Assembly (NCBI GenBank): GCA_951406725.2
Contig: OX597822.1
Location: 112,096,001-112,160,000 of the forward strand
Direction of reading: 5' to 3'
Origin: Octopus vulgaris
Taxonomy: Eukaryota
DNA length: 64,000 nucleotides
In this document: piece after piece, positions 20,389-32,300 of the stretch
Position numbering within the stretch: the stretch's first letter is position 1
How the letters are laid out: every line of letters starts with the position of its first letter
Notes under the pieces: generated by a model
Seen by the model: the letters and a program-made list of their open reading frames with translations, nothing else
Databases searched by the model: none
What the model was told of the DNA's origin: nothing
Position numbers and translations under genes: made by a program

Positions 20389-21511
20389 CTAAAAATATTC
20401 TATTGGCAACGAAAAACATTCTATAGGCAACTAAAAATATTCTTTAGACAACTAAAAATATTCTATAGGCAACTAAAAATATTCTTTAGACAACTAAAAA
20501 TATTCTATTGGCAACGAAAAACATTCTATAGGCAACTAAAAATATTCTTTAGACAACTAAAAATATTCTATAGGCAACTAAAAATATTCTTTAGACAACT
20601 AAAAATATTCTATTAGCAACGAAAAACATTCTATAGGCAACTAAAAATATTCTTTAGACAACTAAAAATATTCTATAGGCAACTAAAAATATTCTTTAGA
20701 CAACTAAAAATATTCTATTGGCAACTAAAAATATTCTATTGGCAACGAAAAACATTCTATAGGCAACTAAAAATATTCTTTAGACAACTAAAAACATTCT
20801 ATAGGCAACTAAAAATATTCTTTAGACAACTAAAAATATTCTATTGGCAACTAAAAATATTCTATTGGCAACGAAAAACATTCTATAGGCAACTAAAAAT
20901 ATTCTTTAGACAACTAAAAACATTCTATAGGCAACTAAAAATATTCTTTAGACAACTAAAAATATTCTATTGGCAACTAAAAATATTCTATTGGCAACGA
21001 AAAACATTCTATAGGCAACTAAAAATATTCTTTAGACAACTAAAAATATTCTATTGGCAACGAAAAACATTCTATAGGCAACTAAAAACATTCTTTAGAC
21101 AACTAAAAATATTCTATTGGCAACGAAAAACATTCTATAGGCAACTAAAAACATTCTTTAGACAACTAAAAATATTCTATTGGCAACGAAAAACATTCTT
21201 TAGGCAACTAAAAATATTCTTTAGACAACTAAAAATATTCTATTGGCAACGAAAAACATTCTATAGGCAACTAAAAACATTCTTTAGACAACTAAAAATA
21301 TTCTATTGTCAACGAAAAACATTCTATAGGCAACTAAAAACATTCTTTAGACAACTAAAAATATTCTATTGGCAACGAAAAACATTCTATAGTCAACTAA
21401 AAATATTCTTTACACAACTAAAAATATTCTATTGGCAACGATAAACATTCTATAGGCAACTAAAAATATTCTTTAGACAGCTAAAAATATTCTATTGGCA
21501 ACGAAAAACAT
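20389..21511 (+). repeat. 21-bp satellite, outlier block (~53 monomers), inverted relative to the main array
   Basis: Monomers aaaaatattctattggcaacg / aaaaacattctataggcaact / aaaaatattctttagacaact. Confidence 0.97.
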
Positions 21512-21514
21512 ATG

Positions 21515-21759
21515 AAGTATGGAACAAACTGCCAGCATCAGTTGTTAGTTGTCGGAGCACTGCATCCTTCAAAACTTCCATGCTTCCTGAGATTCACCAA
21601 CACTACACCTGGTTTCCTCCCCTCTATATACACGCAAGCATGTATCTGACTCATACACTGATCATTTTCCAGACATTTGTACATTACTGCATATGCTTTA
21701 TATGCACTTTTGACAAGTTGTGGTGCACCTGAGCACTGTATACAATAATTTCATTATTA

Positions 21760-21790
<31 letters not shown>
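21515..21790 (+). mobile_element. CR1/L2-group LINE 3' end with (ATT)n tail (a different family)
   Basis: Translates to VWNKLPASVVSCRSTASFKTSML, followed by a UTR and an attattatt tail at 21754-21790. Confidence 0.75.
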
Positions 21791-22182
21791 GAAAACTGCT
21801 GCAATGTAGCAGACTACTTAAAAATATATCTTAATAAGTTGGAGATAAGAAAGAATGAGGTACTTGTTTAAAAAGTTACTTGAGGAGATGCAATCTGCAC
21901 CTATCATGCAAGAAAATTGATTATACTACCTGTGAGGTACAGATGCAGGATGGGTTGAAACAATTGTAGTGGATTTAAATAAAGAATCTTGTGAATTCCA
22001 TTTTTTATATCTGATCTATTTATATAAACGCCACAAACACCAAGAAATACCTCAAGTAAATCCAGTAGCATATGAATCACCAGATATTGACAAGAGGTCG
22101 CAAGTAAATATGGTTGGCACAGCATCCTTACAAGGTTTATATCCAAATATAATTTTAACTATATATGTGTGTGTTTATATGT

Positions 22183-22484
22183 ATCATCATCATCGTTTAA
22201 TGTCCATTTTCCATGCTAGCATGGGTTGGATGGTTCGACCGGGGTCTGGGAAGCCAGAAGGCTGCACCGGTGTTTCTACAGCTGGATGCCCTTCCTAACG
22301 TCAACCACTCCGTGAGTGTAGTGGGTGATTTTTACATGCCACTAGTACAAGTGCCAGGCGAGGCTGGCAATGGCCACAATCAGTTGGTGCTTTTTACGTG
22401 CCACCGGCACTGAAGTCAGTCAAGGCGGCACTGGCATCGGCCATGTTCGGATGGTGCTTTTTACATGCCACCGGCACAGGGATC
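22183..22484 (-). mobile_element. RTE 3'-end copy
   Basis: catcatcatcgtttaatgtccattttccatgctagcatggg... family. Confidence 0.85.
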
Positions 22485-22896
22485 ATATATACATATATAC
22501 TCAAGTATTCAAAAGTCACTTAAGTGATGTTGTTGGCACTTTTATCAATAACTCATCCGCATAGAATAAAAAATCAAAGCTGCATAGAATAAAAAATTTC
22601 TTACTTGAAGAACAGGTAAGGCTCAACAACTGGAAGGACATCAGGCTGGGAACCAGTGTCTCAGTACCATATTCGTCCACCCATACTAGCATAGAAAACA
22701 GATGTTAAAATGAACATATGACATTGCATATATTTTCTGTTTAATAAATCTGAAATTTTTGGGAACACAAATTTGTCAATAGCAGTTGGATCATGTGCAT
22801 AGATATATTAAGTTCACGAGACAGGAATTCTGATCTTACTGCAGAGTTTCATTATTGTTCTGGTGGAGAGAAAATCATATTTGGCCATTCTTTTAA

Positions 22897-23117
22897 CCCT
22901 TTCATTACCAACCCGGCTGAAACCACAACTGGCTCTGTAGTACAAATGTCTTGTTTTCATAAGTTCTGAATTAAAATCTTCCACCAAACCTTAGTCACAG
23001 TTTATGTTCCTAACACTAGCTGAACGATAACTAAGTTATTTTACTAAATTCTTTGTTATATTTAAAGTAATTCAAAGAAACACAGGGCATCACAAAATAA
23101 ATGCGGTAACAAAAGGG
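22897..23117. mobile_element. piggyBac-like MITE
   Basis: TTAA at 22893-22896 and 23118-23121 flank TIRs ccctttcattacc / ggtaacaaaaggg (11/13). Confidence 0.78.
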
Positions 23118-23800
23118 TTAAATACACTACTGAAAGCAAAACAGAAGTTGAAAACTGCCTTAGAGAAAGGACTTTTTAGAGATATTTTTGTAACTAAGTT
23201 CTCTAATAATGGAATTTGATTATTCAAATAAACACCAGGTATTAAATGTGAAAACTGGAAAGAAATGAGGCAAGCACAATATGGTAGATATGTAATGCCA
23301 TGAACAATGAAGTACATGAGCTGAGAGAAAAATATTTACAAATATATATAAATGTATACACACCAATCAGAATAGTAAAAAAGAGCTGAGTGACCCATAT
23401 GCATGAGAAAAAATGCAGGGGGTATTGTATTTATCACACTGTATATATAAACGTGTATTTTTTATGTCGATGCATTTACATGTTTATATTCATTATTATT
23501 ATTTTAAACATATCACAAAAGTGTGTGTGTGTGTGTGTGTGATAGAAAGACAGACAGACAGACAGATAGATAGATAGATTGATGGATAGATGGATAAAAT
23601 AGATATATATTATGCTTCCGACTGAGATGGGTGGGAGTTCTTGAGTATAACATATTTCCACTTATCATAGTCCTTTGTCTCCTGTGAAGTTTACAGTCCT
23701 AATATCCCACCTCACAACTTTGTCTCACACCAGTCATTTCATGATGATATAATTTAAACTTCAACAGTATTGATGAAGAAATCTTAGGAAATATCTTTCT

Positions 23801-23802
<2 letters not shown>

Positions 23803-23842
<40 letters not shown>

Positions 23843-24092
23843 GTTTAACATCCGTTCTCCATGCTAGCATGAGTTGGACGGTTTGACCGGGGATCTGGGA
23901 AGCCAGAAGGCTGCACCAGGCTCCAGTCTGATCTGGCAGTGTTTCTACAGCTGGATGCCCTTCCTAATGCCAACCACTCTGTGAGTGTAGTGGGTGCTTC
24001 TTACGTGCCACCGGCACAGGTGCCAGGCGAGGCTGGCAGCGGCCACGATCAGATTGGTACTTTTTATGTGCCACCGGCACGGAAGCCAGTCA
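23803..24092 (-). mobile_element. RTE 3'-end copy with a (CAT)13 tail
   Basis: Same family as 285-960. Confidence 0.85.
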
Positions 24093-24224
24093 AGGGACAA
24101 CAAATAAACGGTACCTCAAATGCCAATGACAACTAGTTGATTAGATTATCATCATCTTCCACTGACCGGAGCATCCAGTCATTGTAGTACTACTGCAGAC
24201 TCCCTAGCAGTCAGCAATCACCAA

Positions 24225-24317
24225 TTCATATTGGAGTACCACTCCAGACATCACTTCATATTGGGGTACCACCACTCCAGACATCACTTCATATTGGGGT
24301 ACCACTCCAGACATCAC
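24225..24317. repeat. 30/33/30-bp minisatellite, 3 copies
   Basis: Unit ttcatattgg(a/g)gtacc(acc)actccagacatcac starts at 24225, 24255 and 24288. Confidence 0.92.
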
Positions 24318-24366
24318 TCACAAGATACCCAACAATAAATAAGTAGCGAATATACACCAGTTAACA

Positions 24367-24665
24367 GGTGGCACATGGTCTAGAGGTTAGAGCAGCGAAC
24401 TCGCAGTCAAGGGATCATGGGTTTGAATCTCAGACCGGGCGGTGTGCGTGTTTATGAGCAAAACACCTAAGCTCCACGCAACTCTGGCAGAAGGTAATGG
24501 CAAACTTCTGTTGACTCTTTTGCCACAACTTTCTCTCGCTCTTTCCTCCTGCATCTTGCAGCTCACCTGCGATGGACTGGCGTCCCATCCAGGTGGGGAA
24601 CCTATACACCACGGAGACCAGGAAGCCGGCCCTAATGAGCCAGGCATGGCTCGAGAAGGAACAAA
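24367..24665 (+). mobile_element. tRNA-derived SINE family D-related
   Basis: tggcacatggtctagaggttagagcagcgaactcgc...ggtttgaatctcagaccgggcgg head. Confidence 0.78.
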
Positions 24666-24777
24666 CAACATAGATAACAGATGAGGGTTGGTAACAGGAA
24701 GAGCGTCGACTGGTAGAAAATCTGCCTCAACAAATTTCATCGGACCTACATAAGCATGAAAATCTGGTTGTTAAAAC

Positions 24778-25044
24778 GATGATGATGATGATGATGATGA
24801 CGACGAGGACGACGACGATGATGATGATGATGAAGATGATGATGATGATGATGATGATAATGATGACGATGACGAGGACGATGACGATGAAGATGATGAT
24901 GATGATGATGACGAGGACGATGAAGATGAAGATGATGATGGCGATGATGATGATGATAATGATGACAAGGACGTTGACGATGAAGATGATGATGATGATG
25001 ATGATAACGATGACGAGGACGATGACGATGAAGACGATGATGGC

Positions 25045-25088
<44 letters not shown>

Positions 25089-25116
25089 CGAGGACGATGA
25101 AGATGATGATGATGAA

Positions 25117-25149
<33 letters not shown>
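24778..25149 (+). repeat. Compound (GAT)n triplet expansion (~370 bp), tail of a degenerate RTE 3' end at ~24680-24777
   Basis: GAT repeats interrupted in register by GAC/GAG/GAA/AAT/GGC, directly after ...gcatgaaaatctggttgttaaaac. Confidence 0.92.
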
Positions 25150-25429
25150 CACAGCACAAAAAGGTAAACACAAAACAAAATTTACTGATTAAAAAAGGAA
25201 CTTCAATACTCTCCAGGTATCATATCTGCTCTCTGCACACAGCCCATCCCAATAACAGCCAAACTCCCTTCCAATCACATTCCCATTATCAAAGCATGTG
25301 CATTAACAAAGAAAACAAATTTCTGCAAAGCCAGGTGAAAATACCTGCACGAAAATACAGAATTACTGCCATAAATGCTGCAAGATGACATTGATGTGTA
25401 GTTCTTAGTGTGTAGCACTAATGTCCTCT

Positions 25430-25526
25430 GTTTCGGCAATACATATAGTAAAATTGGAACGATACAGAAAAGATTAGCATGGCCCCTGCACAAAGATGAC
25501 ACGCAAACTCATGAAGCGTTCCATAT
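25430..25526 (+). pseudogene. RNU6: U6 snRNA retropseudogene
   Basis: gtttcggcaatacatatagtaaaattggaacgatacagaaaagattagcatggcccctgcacaaagatgacacgcaaactcatgaagcgttccatat aligns to U6. The ACAGAGA box is mutated to ACAGAAA, the terminal U-tract is replaced by an A-run, and the first ~6 nt are missing. Confidence 0.92.
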
Positions 25527-25545
25527 AAAAAAAAAGGAAAAAGAA

Positions 25546-25777
25546 AGGCGGCGAGCTGGCAGAAACGTTAGCACACCGGACGAAATGAGTAGCTGTATTT
25601 CGTCTGCCGTTACGTTCTGAGTTCAAATTCTGCCGAGGTCAACGTTGCCTTTCATCCTTTCGGGGTTGATAAATTAAGTACCAGTTACGCACTGGAGTCG
25701 ATGTAATTGACTTAATCCCTTTGTCTGTCCTTGTTTGTCCCTTCTGTGTTTAGCCCCTTGTGGGCAGTAAAGAAATA
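25546..25777 (+). mobile_element. SINE family C, full length, directly downstream of the U6 copy
   Basis: ggcggcgagctggcagaaacgttagc...gccccttgtgggcagtaaagaaata. Confidence 0.9.
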
Positions 25778-25802
25778 ACTAATGACCTCTCTGCCCCTTG
25801 TG

Positions 25803-26038
25803 GAGGCACATGGCTTAGTGGTTAGAGTATTGGACTTATGATTTTAAGGTTGTGGTTTCAATCCCTGGACCAGGTGATGTGTTGTAGCCTGTTCTTGAGC
25901 AAAGCCCTTAATTTCACGTTGCTCCAGTCCACTCAGCTGGCAAAAACGAGTAACGCTGCGATGGACTGGCATCCGATCCAAGTGGGGAATTAATATGCCA
26001 TGGAAACCAACCGTTGTGAGTCAGCAGGACTCGAGAAG
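25803..26038 (+). mobile_element. tRNA-derived CORE-like SINE
   Basis: Head and core similar to 10137-10280. Confidence 0.7.
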
Positions 26039-26348
26039 GTAGCAAACTAATGGCACCCTGAAGATGGTGTGTTGTGATTTAAGGAAGAATATACTGCTGG
26101 GTTTAGTAGAACAAGATACAGTGCAGAGGGTCCTTTGTGACACATAACAAGAGTGCAGCAGCATTGTCTCTGAACACTTCTAAGATGCACACTGCCATGC
26201 TCTAAGCAAATTCAGCTCAACCTTCTCGATTGTGGCCATGACAGAGTGAGATCCACATAATATCCCAGGACAAAACCCCCTTAAGAAAGGTGTGAATGCA
26301 GTCAAAACAACCATGGTTATATTTTACGGATATTTTTTGTTTCCCTTA

Positions 26349-29300
26349 CTATAGAATGTTTTTCGTTGCCAATAGAATATTTTTAGTTGTCTAAAGAATG
26401 TTTTTAGTTACCTATAGAATGTATTTCGTTGCCAATAGAATATTCTTAGTTGTCAAAATGATATTTTTAGCTGCCTATAGAATGTTTTTCGTTGCTAATA
26501 GAATATTTTTAGTTGTCTAAAGAATATTTTTAGTTGCCTATAGAATGTTTTTCGTTGCCAATAGAATATTTTTAGTTGTCTAAAGAATATTTTTAGTTGC
26601 CTAGAATGTTTTTCGTTGCCTAGAATATTTTTAGTTGTCTAAAGAATGTTTTTAGTTGCCTATAGAATGTTTTTCGTTGCCAATAGAATATTTTTAGTTG
26701 TCTAAAGAATATTTTTTAGTTGCCTATAGAATGTTTTTCGTTGCCAATAGAATATTTTTAGTTGTCTAAAGAATATTTTTAGTTGCCTATAGAATGTTTT
26801 TCGTTGCCAATAGAATATTTTTAGTTGTCTAAAGAATATTTTTAGTTGCCTATAGAATGTTTTTAGTTGCCTATAGAATGTTTTTCGTTGCCAATAGAAT
26901 ATTTTTAGTTGTCTAAAGAATATTTTTAGTTGTCTAAAGAATGTTTTTAGTTGCCTATAGAATGTTTTTCGTTGCCAATAGAATATTTTTAGTTGTCTAA
27001 AGAATATTTTTAGTTGCCTATAGAATGTTTTTCGTTGCCAATAGAATATTTTTAGTTGTCTAAAGAATATTTTTAGTTGCCTATAGAATGTTTTTCGTTG
27101 CCAATAGAATATTTTTAGTTGTCTAAAGAATATTTTTAGTTGCCTATAGAATGTTTTTAGTTGCCTATAGAATGTTTTCGTTGCCAATAGAATATTTTTA
27201 GTTGTCTAAAGAATATTTTTAGTTGCCTATAGAATGTTTTTAGTTGCCAATAGAATATTTTTAGTTGTCTAAAGAATATTTTTTAGAATATTTTTAGTTG
27301 CCTATAGAATGTTTTTCGTTGCCAATAGAATATTTTTAGTTGTCTAAAGAATATTTTTAGTTGCCTATAGAATGTTTTTCGTTGCCAATAGAATATTTTT
27401 AGTTGTCTAAAGAATATTTTTAGTTGCCTATAGAATGTTTTTCGTTGCCAATAGAATATTTTTAGTTGTCTAAAGAATATTTTTAGTTGCCTATAGAATG
27501 TTTTTTCGTTGCCTATAGAATATTTTTAGTTGTCTAAAGAATATTTTTAGTTGCCTATAGAATGTTTTTAGTTGCCTATAGAATGTTTTTCGTTGCCAAT
27601 AGAATATTTTTAGTTGTCTAAAGAATATTTTTAGTTGCCTATAGAATGTTTTTCGTTGCCAATAGAATATTTTTAGTTGTCTAAAGAATATTTTTAGTTG
27701 CCTATAGAATGTTTTTCGTTGCAAATAGAATATTTTTCGTTGCCAATAGAATATTTTTAGTTGTCTAAAGAATGTTTTTAGTTGCCTATAGAATGTTTTT
27801 CGTTGCCAATAGAATATTTTTAGTTGTCTAAAGAATATTTTTAGTTGCCTATAGAATGTATTTCGTTGCCAATAGAATATTTTTAGTTGTCTAAAGAATA
27901 TTTTAGTTGCCTATAGAATGTTTTTCGTTGCCAATAGAATATTTTTAGTTGTCTAAAGAATATTTTTAGTTGCCTATAGAATGTTTTTAGTTGCCTATAG
28001 AATGTTTTTCGTTGCCAATAGAATATTTTTAGTTGTCTAAAGAATATTTTTAGTTGCCTATAGAATGTTTTTCGTTGCCAATAGAATATTTTTAGTTGTC
28101 TAAAGAATATTTTTAGTTGCCTATAGAATGTTTTTCGTTGCCAATAGAATATTTTTAGTTGTCTAAAGAATATTTTTAGTTGCCTATAGAATTTTTAGTT
28201 GCCTATAGAATGTTTTTCGTTGCCAATAGAATATTTTTAGTTGTCTAAAGAATATTTTTAGTTGCCTATAGAATGTATTTCGTTGCCAATAGAATATTTT
28301 TAGTTGTCTAAAGAATATTTTTAGTTGCCTATAGAATGTTTTTCGTTGCCAATAGAATATTTTTAGTTGTCTAAAGAATGTTTTTTAGTTGCCTATAGAA
28401 TGTTTTTCGTTGCCAATAGAATATTTTTAGTTGTCTAAAGAATGTTTTTAGTTGCCTATAGAATGTTTTTCGTTGCCAATAGAATATTTTTAGTTGTCTA
28501 AAGAATATTTTTAGTTGCCTATAGAATGTTTTCGTTGCCAATAGAATATTTTTAGTTGTCTAAAGAATATTTTTAGTTGCCTATAGAATGTTTTTCGTTG
28601 CCAATAGAATATTTTTAGTTGTCTAAAGAATGTTTTTAGTTGCCTATAGAATGTTTTTCGTTGCCAATAGAATATTTTTAGTTGTCTAAAGAATATTTTT
28701 AGTTGCCTATAGAATGTTTTTCGTTGCCAATAGAATATTTTTAGTTGTCTAAAAGAATATTTTTAGTTGTTGCCTATAGAATGTTTTTCGTTGCCAATAG
28801 AATATTTTTAGTTGTCTAAAGAATATTTTTAGTTGCCTATAGAATGTTTTTCGTTGCCAATAGAATATTTTTAGTTGTCTAAAGAATATTTTTAGTTGCC
28901 TATAGAATGTTTTTCGTTGCCATAGAATATTTTTGTTGCAAAGAATATTTTTAGTTGTCTAAAGAATGTTTTTAGTTGCCTATAGAATGTTTTTCGTTGC
29001 CAATAGAATATTTTTAGCTGTCTAAAGAATATTTTAATTTCCTATAGAATGTTTTTCGTTGCCAATAGAATATTTTTAGTTGTCTAAAGAATATTTTTAG
29101 TTGCCTATAGAATGTTTTTCGTTGCCTATAGAATATTTTTCGTTGCCAATAGAATATTTTTAGTTGTCTAAAGAATGTTTTAGTTGCCTATAGAATGTTT
29201 TTCGTTGCCAATAGAATATTTTTAGTTGTCTAAAGAATATTTTTAGTTGCCTAGAGAATGTTTTTCGTTGCCAATAGAATATTTTTAGTTGTCTAAAGAA

Positions 29301-32300
29301 TATTTTTAGTTGCCTATAGAATGTTTTTAGTTGCCTATAGAATGTTTTTCGTTGCCAATAGAATATTTTTAGTTGTCAAAATAATATTTTTAGTTGCCTA
29401 TAGAATGTTTTTCGTTGCCAATAGAATATTTTTAGTTGTCTAAAGAATGTTTTTAGTTGCCTATAGAATGTTTTTCGTTGCCAATAGAATATTTTTAGTT
29501 GTCTAAAGAATATTTTTAGTTGCCTATAGAATGTTTTTCGTTGCCAATAGAATATTTTTAGATGTCAAAATAATATTTTTAGTTGCCTATAGAATGTTTT
29601 TCGTTGCCAATAGAATATTTTTAGTTGTCTAATAGAATATTTTAAGTTGTCTAAAGAATGTTTTTAGTTGCCTATAGAATGTTTTTCGTTGCCAATAGAA
29701 TATTTTTAGTTGTCTAAAGAATGTTTTTAGTTGCCTATAGAATGTTTTTCGTTGCCAATAGAATATTTTTAGTTGTCTAAAGAATGTTTTTAGTTGCCTA
29801 TAGAATGTTTTTTCGTTGCCAATAGAATATTTTTAGTTGTCTAAAGAATATATTTAGTTGCCTATAGAATGTTTTTCGTTGCCAATAGAATATTTTTAGT
29901 TGTCTAAAGAATGTTTTTAGTTGCCTATAGAATGTTTTTAGTTGCCAATAGAATATTTTTCGTTGCCAAAAGAATATTTTTAGTTGTCTAAAGAATATTT
30001 TTAGTTGCCTATAGAATGTTTTTAGTTGCCTATAGAATGTTTTTTCGTTGCCAATAGAATATTTTTAGTTGTCTAAAGAATGTTTTTAGTTGCCTATAGA
30101 ATGTTTTTCGTTGCCAATAGAATATTTTTAGTTGTCTAAAGAATGTTTTTAGTTGCCTATAGAATGTTTTTCGTTGCCAATAGAATATTTTTAGTTGTCT
30201 AAAGAATGTTTTTAGTTGCCTATAGAATGTTTTTCGTTGCCAATAGAATATTTTTAGTTGTCTAAAGAATATTTTTAGTTGTCTAAAGAATATTTTTAGT
30301 TGCCAATAGAATATTTTTAGTTGTCTAAAGAATATTTTTAGTTGCCTATAGAATGTTTTTCGTTGCCAATAGAATATTTTTAGTTGTCTAAAGAATATTT
30401 TTAGTTGCCTATAGAATGTTTTTAGTTGCCTATAGAATGTTTTTCGTTGCCAATAGAATATTTTTAGTTGTCTAAAGAATATTTTTAGTTGCCTATAGAA
30501 TGTTTTTCGTTGCCAATAGAATATTTTTAGTTGTCAAAATAATATTTTTAGTTGTCTAAAGAATGTTTTTAGTTGCCTATAGAATGTTTTTCGTTGCCAA
30601 TAGAATATTTTTAGTTGTCTAAAGAATGTTTTTAGTTGCCTATAGAATGTTTTTCGTTGCCAATAGAATATTTTTAGTTGTCTAAAGAATATTTTTAGTT
30701 GCCTATAGAATGTTTTTCGTTGCCAATAGAATATTTTTAGTTGTCTAAAGAATATTTTTAGTTGCCTATAGAATGTTTTTCGTTGCCAATAGAATATTTT
30801 TAGTTGTCTAAAGAATATTTTTTGCCTATAGAATTTTTTAGTTGCCTATAGAATGTTTTTCGTTGCCAATAGAATATTTTTAGTTGTCTAAAGAATATTT
30901 TTAGTTGCCTATAGAATGTTTTTCGTTGCCAATAGAATATTTTTAGTTGTCTAAAGAATATTTTTAGTTGCCTATAGAATGTTTTTCGTTGCCAATAGAA
31001 TATTTTTAGTTGTCTAAAGAATATTTTTAGTTGCCTATAGAATGTTTTCGTTGCCAATAGAATATTTTTAGTTGTCTAAAGAATATTTTTAGTTGCCTAT
31101 AGAATGTTTTTCGTTGCCAATAGAATATTTTTAGTTGTCTAAAGAATATTTTTAGTTGCCTATAGAATGTTTTTCGTTGCCAATAGAATATTTTTAGTTG
31201 TCTAAAGAATATTTTTAGTTGCCTATAGAATGTTTTTCGTTGCCAATAGAATATTTTTAGTTGTCTAAAGAATATTTTTAGTTGCCTATAGAATGTTTTT
31301 CGTTGCCTATAGAATATTTTTAGTTGTCTAAAGAATATTTTTAGTTGCCTATAGAATGTTTTTAGTTGCCTATAGAATGTTTTTCGTTGCCAATAGAATA
31401 TTTTTAGTTGTCTAAAGAATATTTTTAGTTGCCTATAGAATGTTTTTCGTTGCCAATAGAATATTTTTAGTTGTCTAAAGAATATTTTTTAGTTGTCTAT
31501 AGAATTTTTTAGTTGCCTATAGAATGTTTTTCGTTGCCAATAGAATATTTTTGTTGCAGAATATTTTAGTGTCTAAAGAATGTTTTTAGTTGCCTATAGA
31601 ATGTTTTTCGTTGCCAATAGAATATTTTTAGTTGTCTAAAGAATATTTTTAGTTGCCTATAGAATGTTTTTCGTTGCCAATAGAATATTTTTAGTTGTCT
31701 AAAGAATGTTTTAGTTGCCTATAGAATGTTTTTCGTTGCCTATAGAATATTTTTAGTTGTCTAATAGAATATTTTTAGTTGCCTAAAGAATGTTTTTAGT
31801 TGCCTATAGAATATTTTTCGTTGCCAATAAAATATTTTTAGTCGTCTAAAGAATATTTTTAGTTGCCTATAGAATGTTTTAGTTGCCTAAGAATGTTTTT
31901 CGTTGCCAATAGAATATTTTTAGTTGTCTAAAGAATATTTTTAGTTGCCTATAGAATGTTTTTCGTTGCCAATAGAATATTTTTAGTTGTCTAAAGAATA
32001 TTTTTAGTTGCCTATAGAATGTTTTTCGTTGCCAATAGAATATTTTTAGTTGTCTAAAGAATATTTTTAGTTGCCTATAGAATGTTTTTCGTTGCCAATA
32101 GAATATTTTTAGTTGTCTAAAGAATATTTTTAGTTGCCTATAGAATGTTTTTAGTTGCCTATAGAATGTTTTTCGTTGCCAATAGAATATTTTTAGTTGT
32201 CTAAAGAATATTTTTAGTTGCCTATAGAATGTTTTTCGTTGCCAATAGAATATTTTTAGTTGTCTAAAGAATATTTTTAGTTGCCTATAGAATGTTTTTC

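Larger units (their letters stand above)
19820..22024. repeat. Old ~190-bp inverted repeat pair (19820-20382 excluding the CR1 insert; 21833-22024)
   Basis: ccactacaattgtttcaac|catcctgcatctgtacctcac and actttttaaacaattacctcatt on the left match the reverse complement of the right arm, roughly 75-80% identity by eye. Confidence 0.8.

Noticed and set aside
24727-25192. Poly-His, poly-Met, poly-Ile and poly-Ser ORFs
   Set aside because: Triplet-repeat tail of a retroelement, with no splice or domain evidence.
25430-25526. Functional U6 snRNA gene
   Set aside because: ACAGAGA box mutated, 5' end truncated, no T-run terminator, A-rich tail, flanking TSD, and no evident upstream PSE/TATA.
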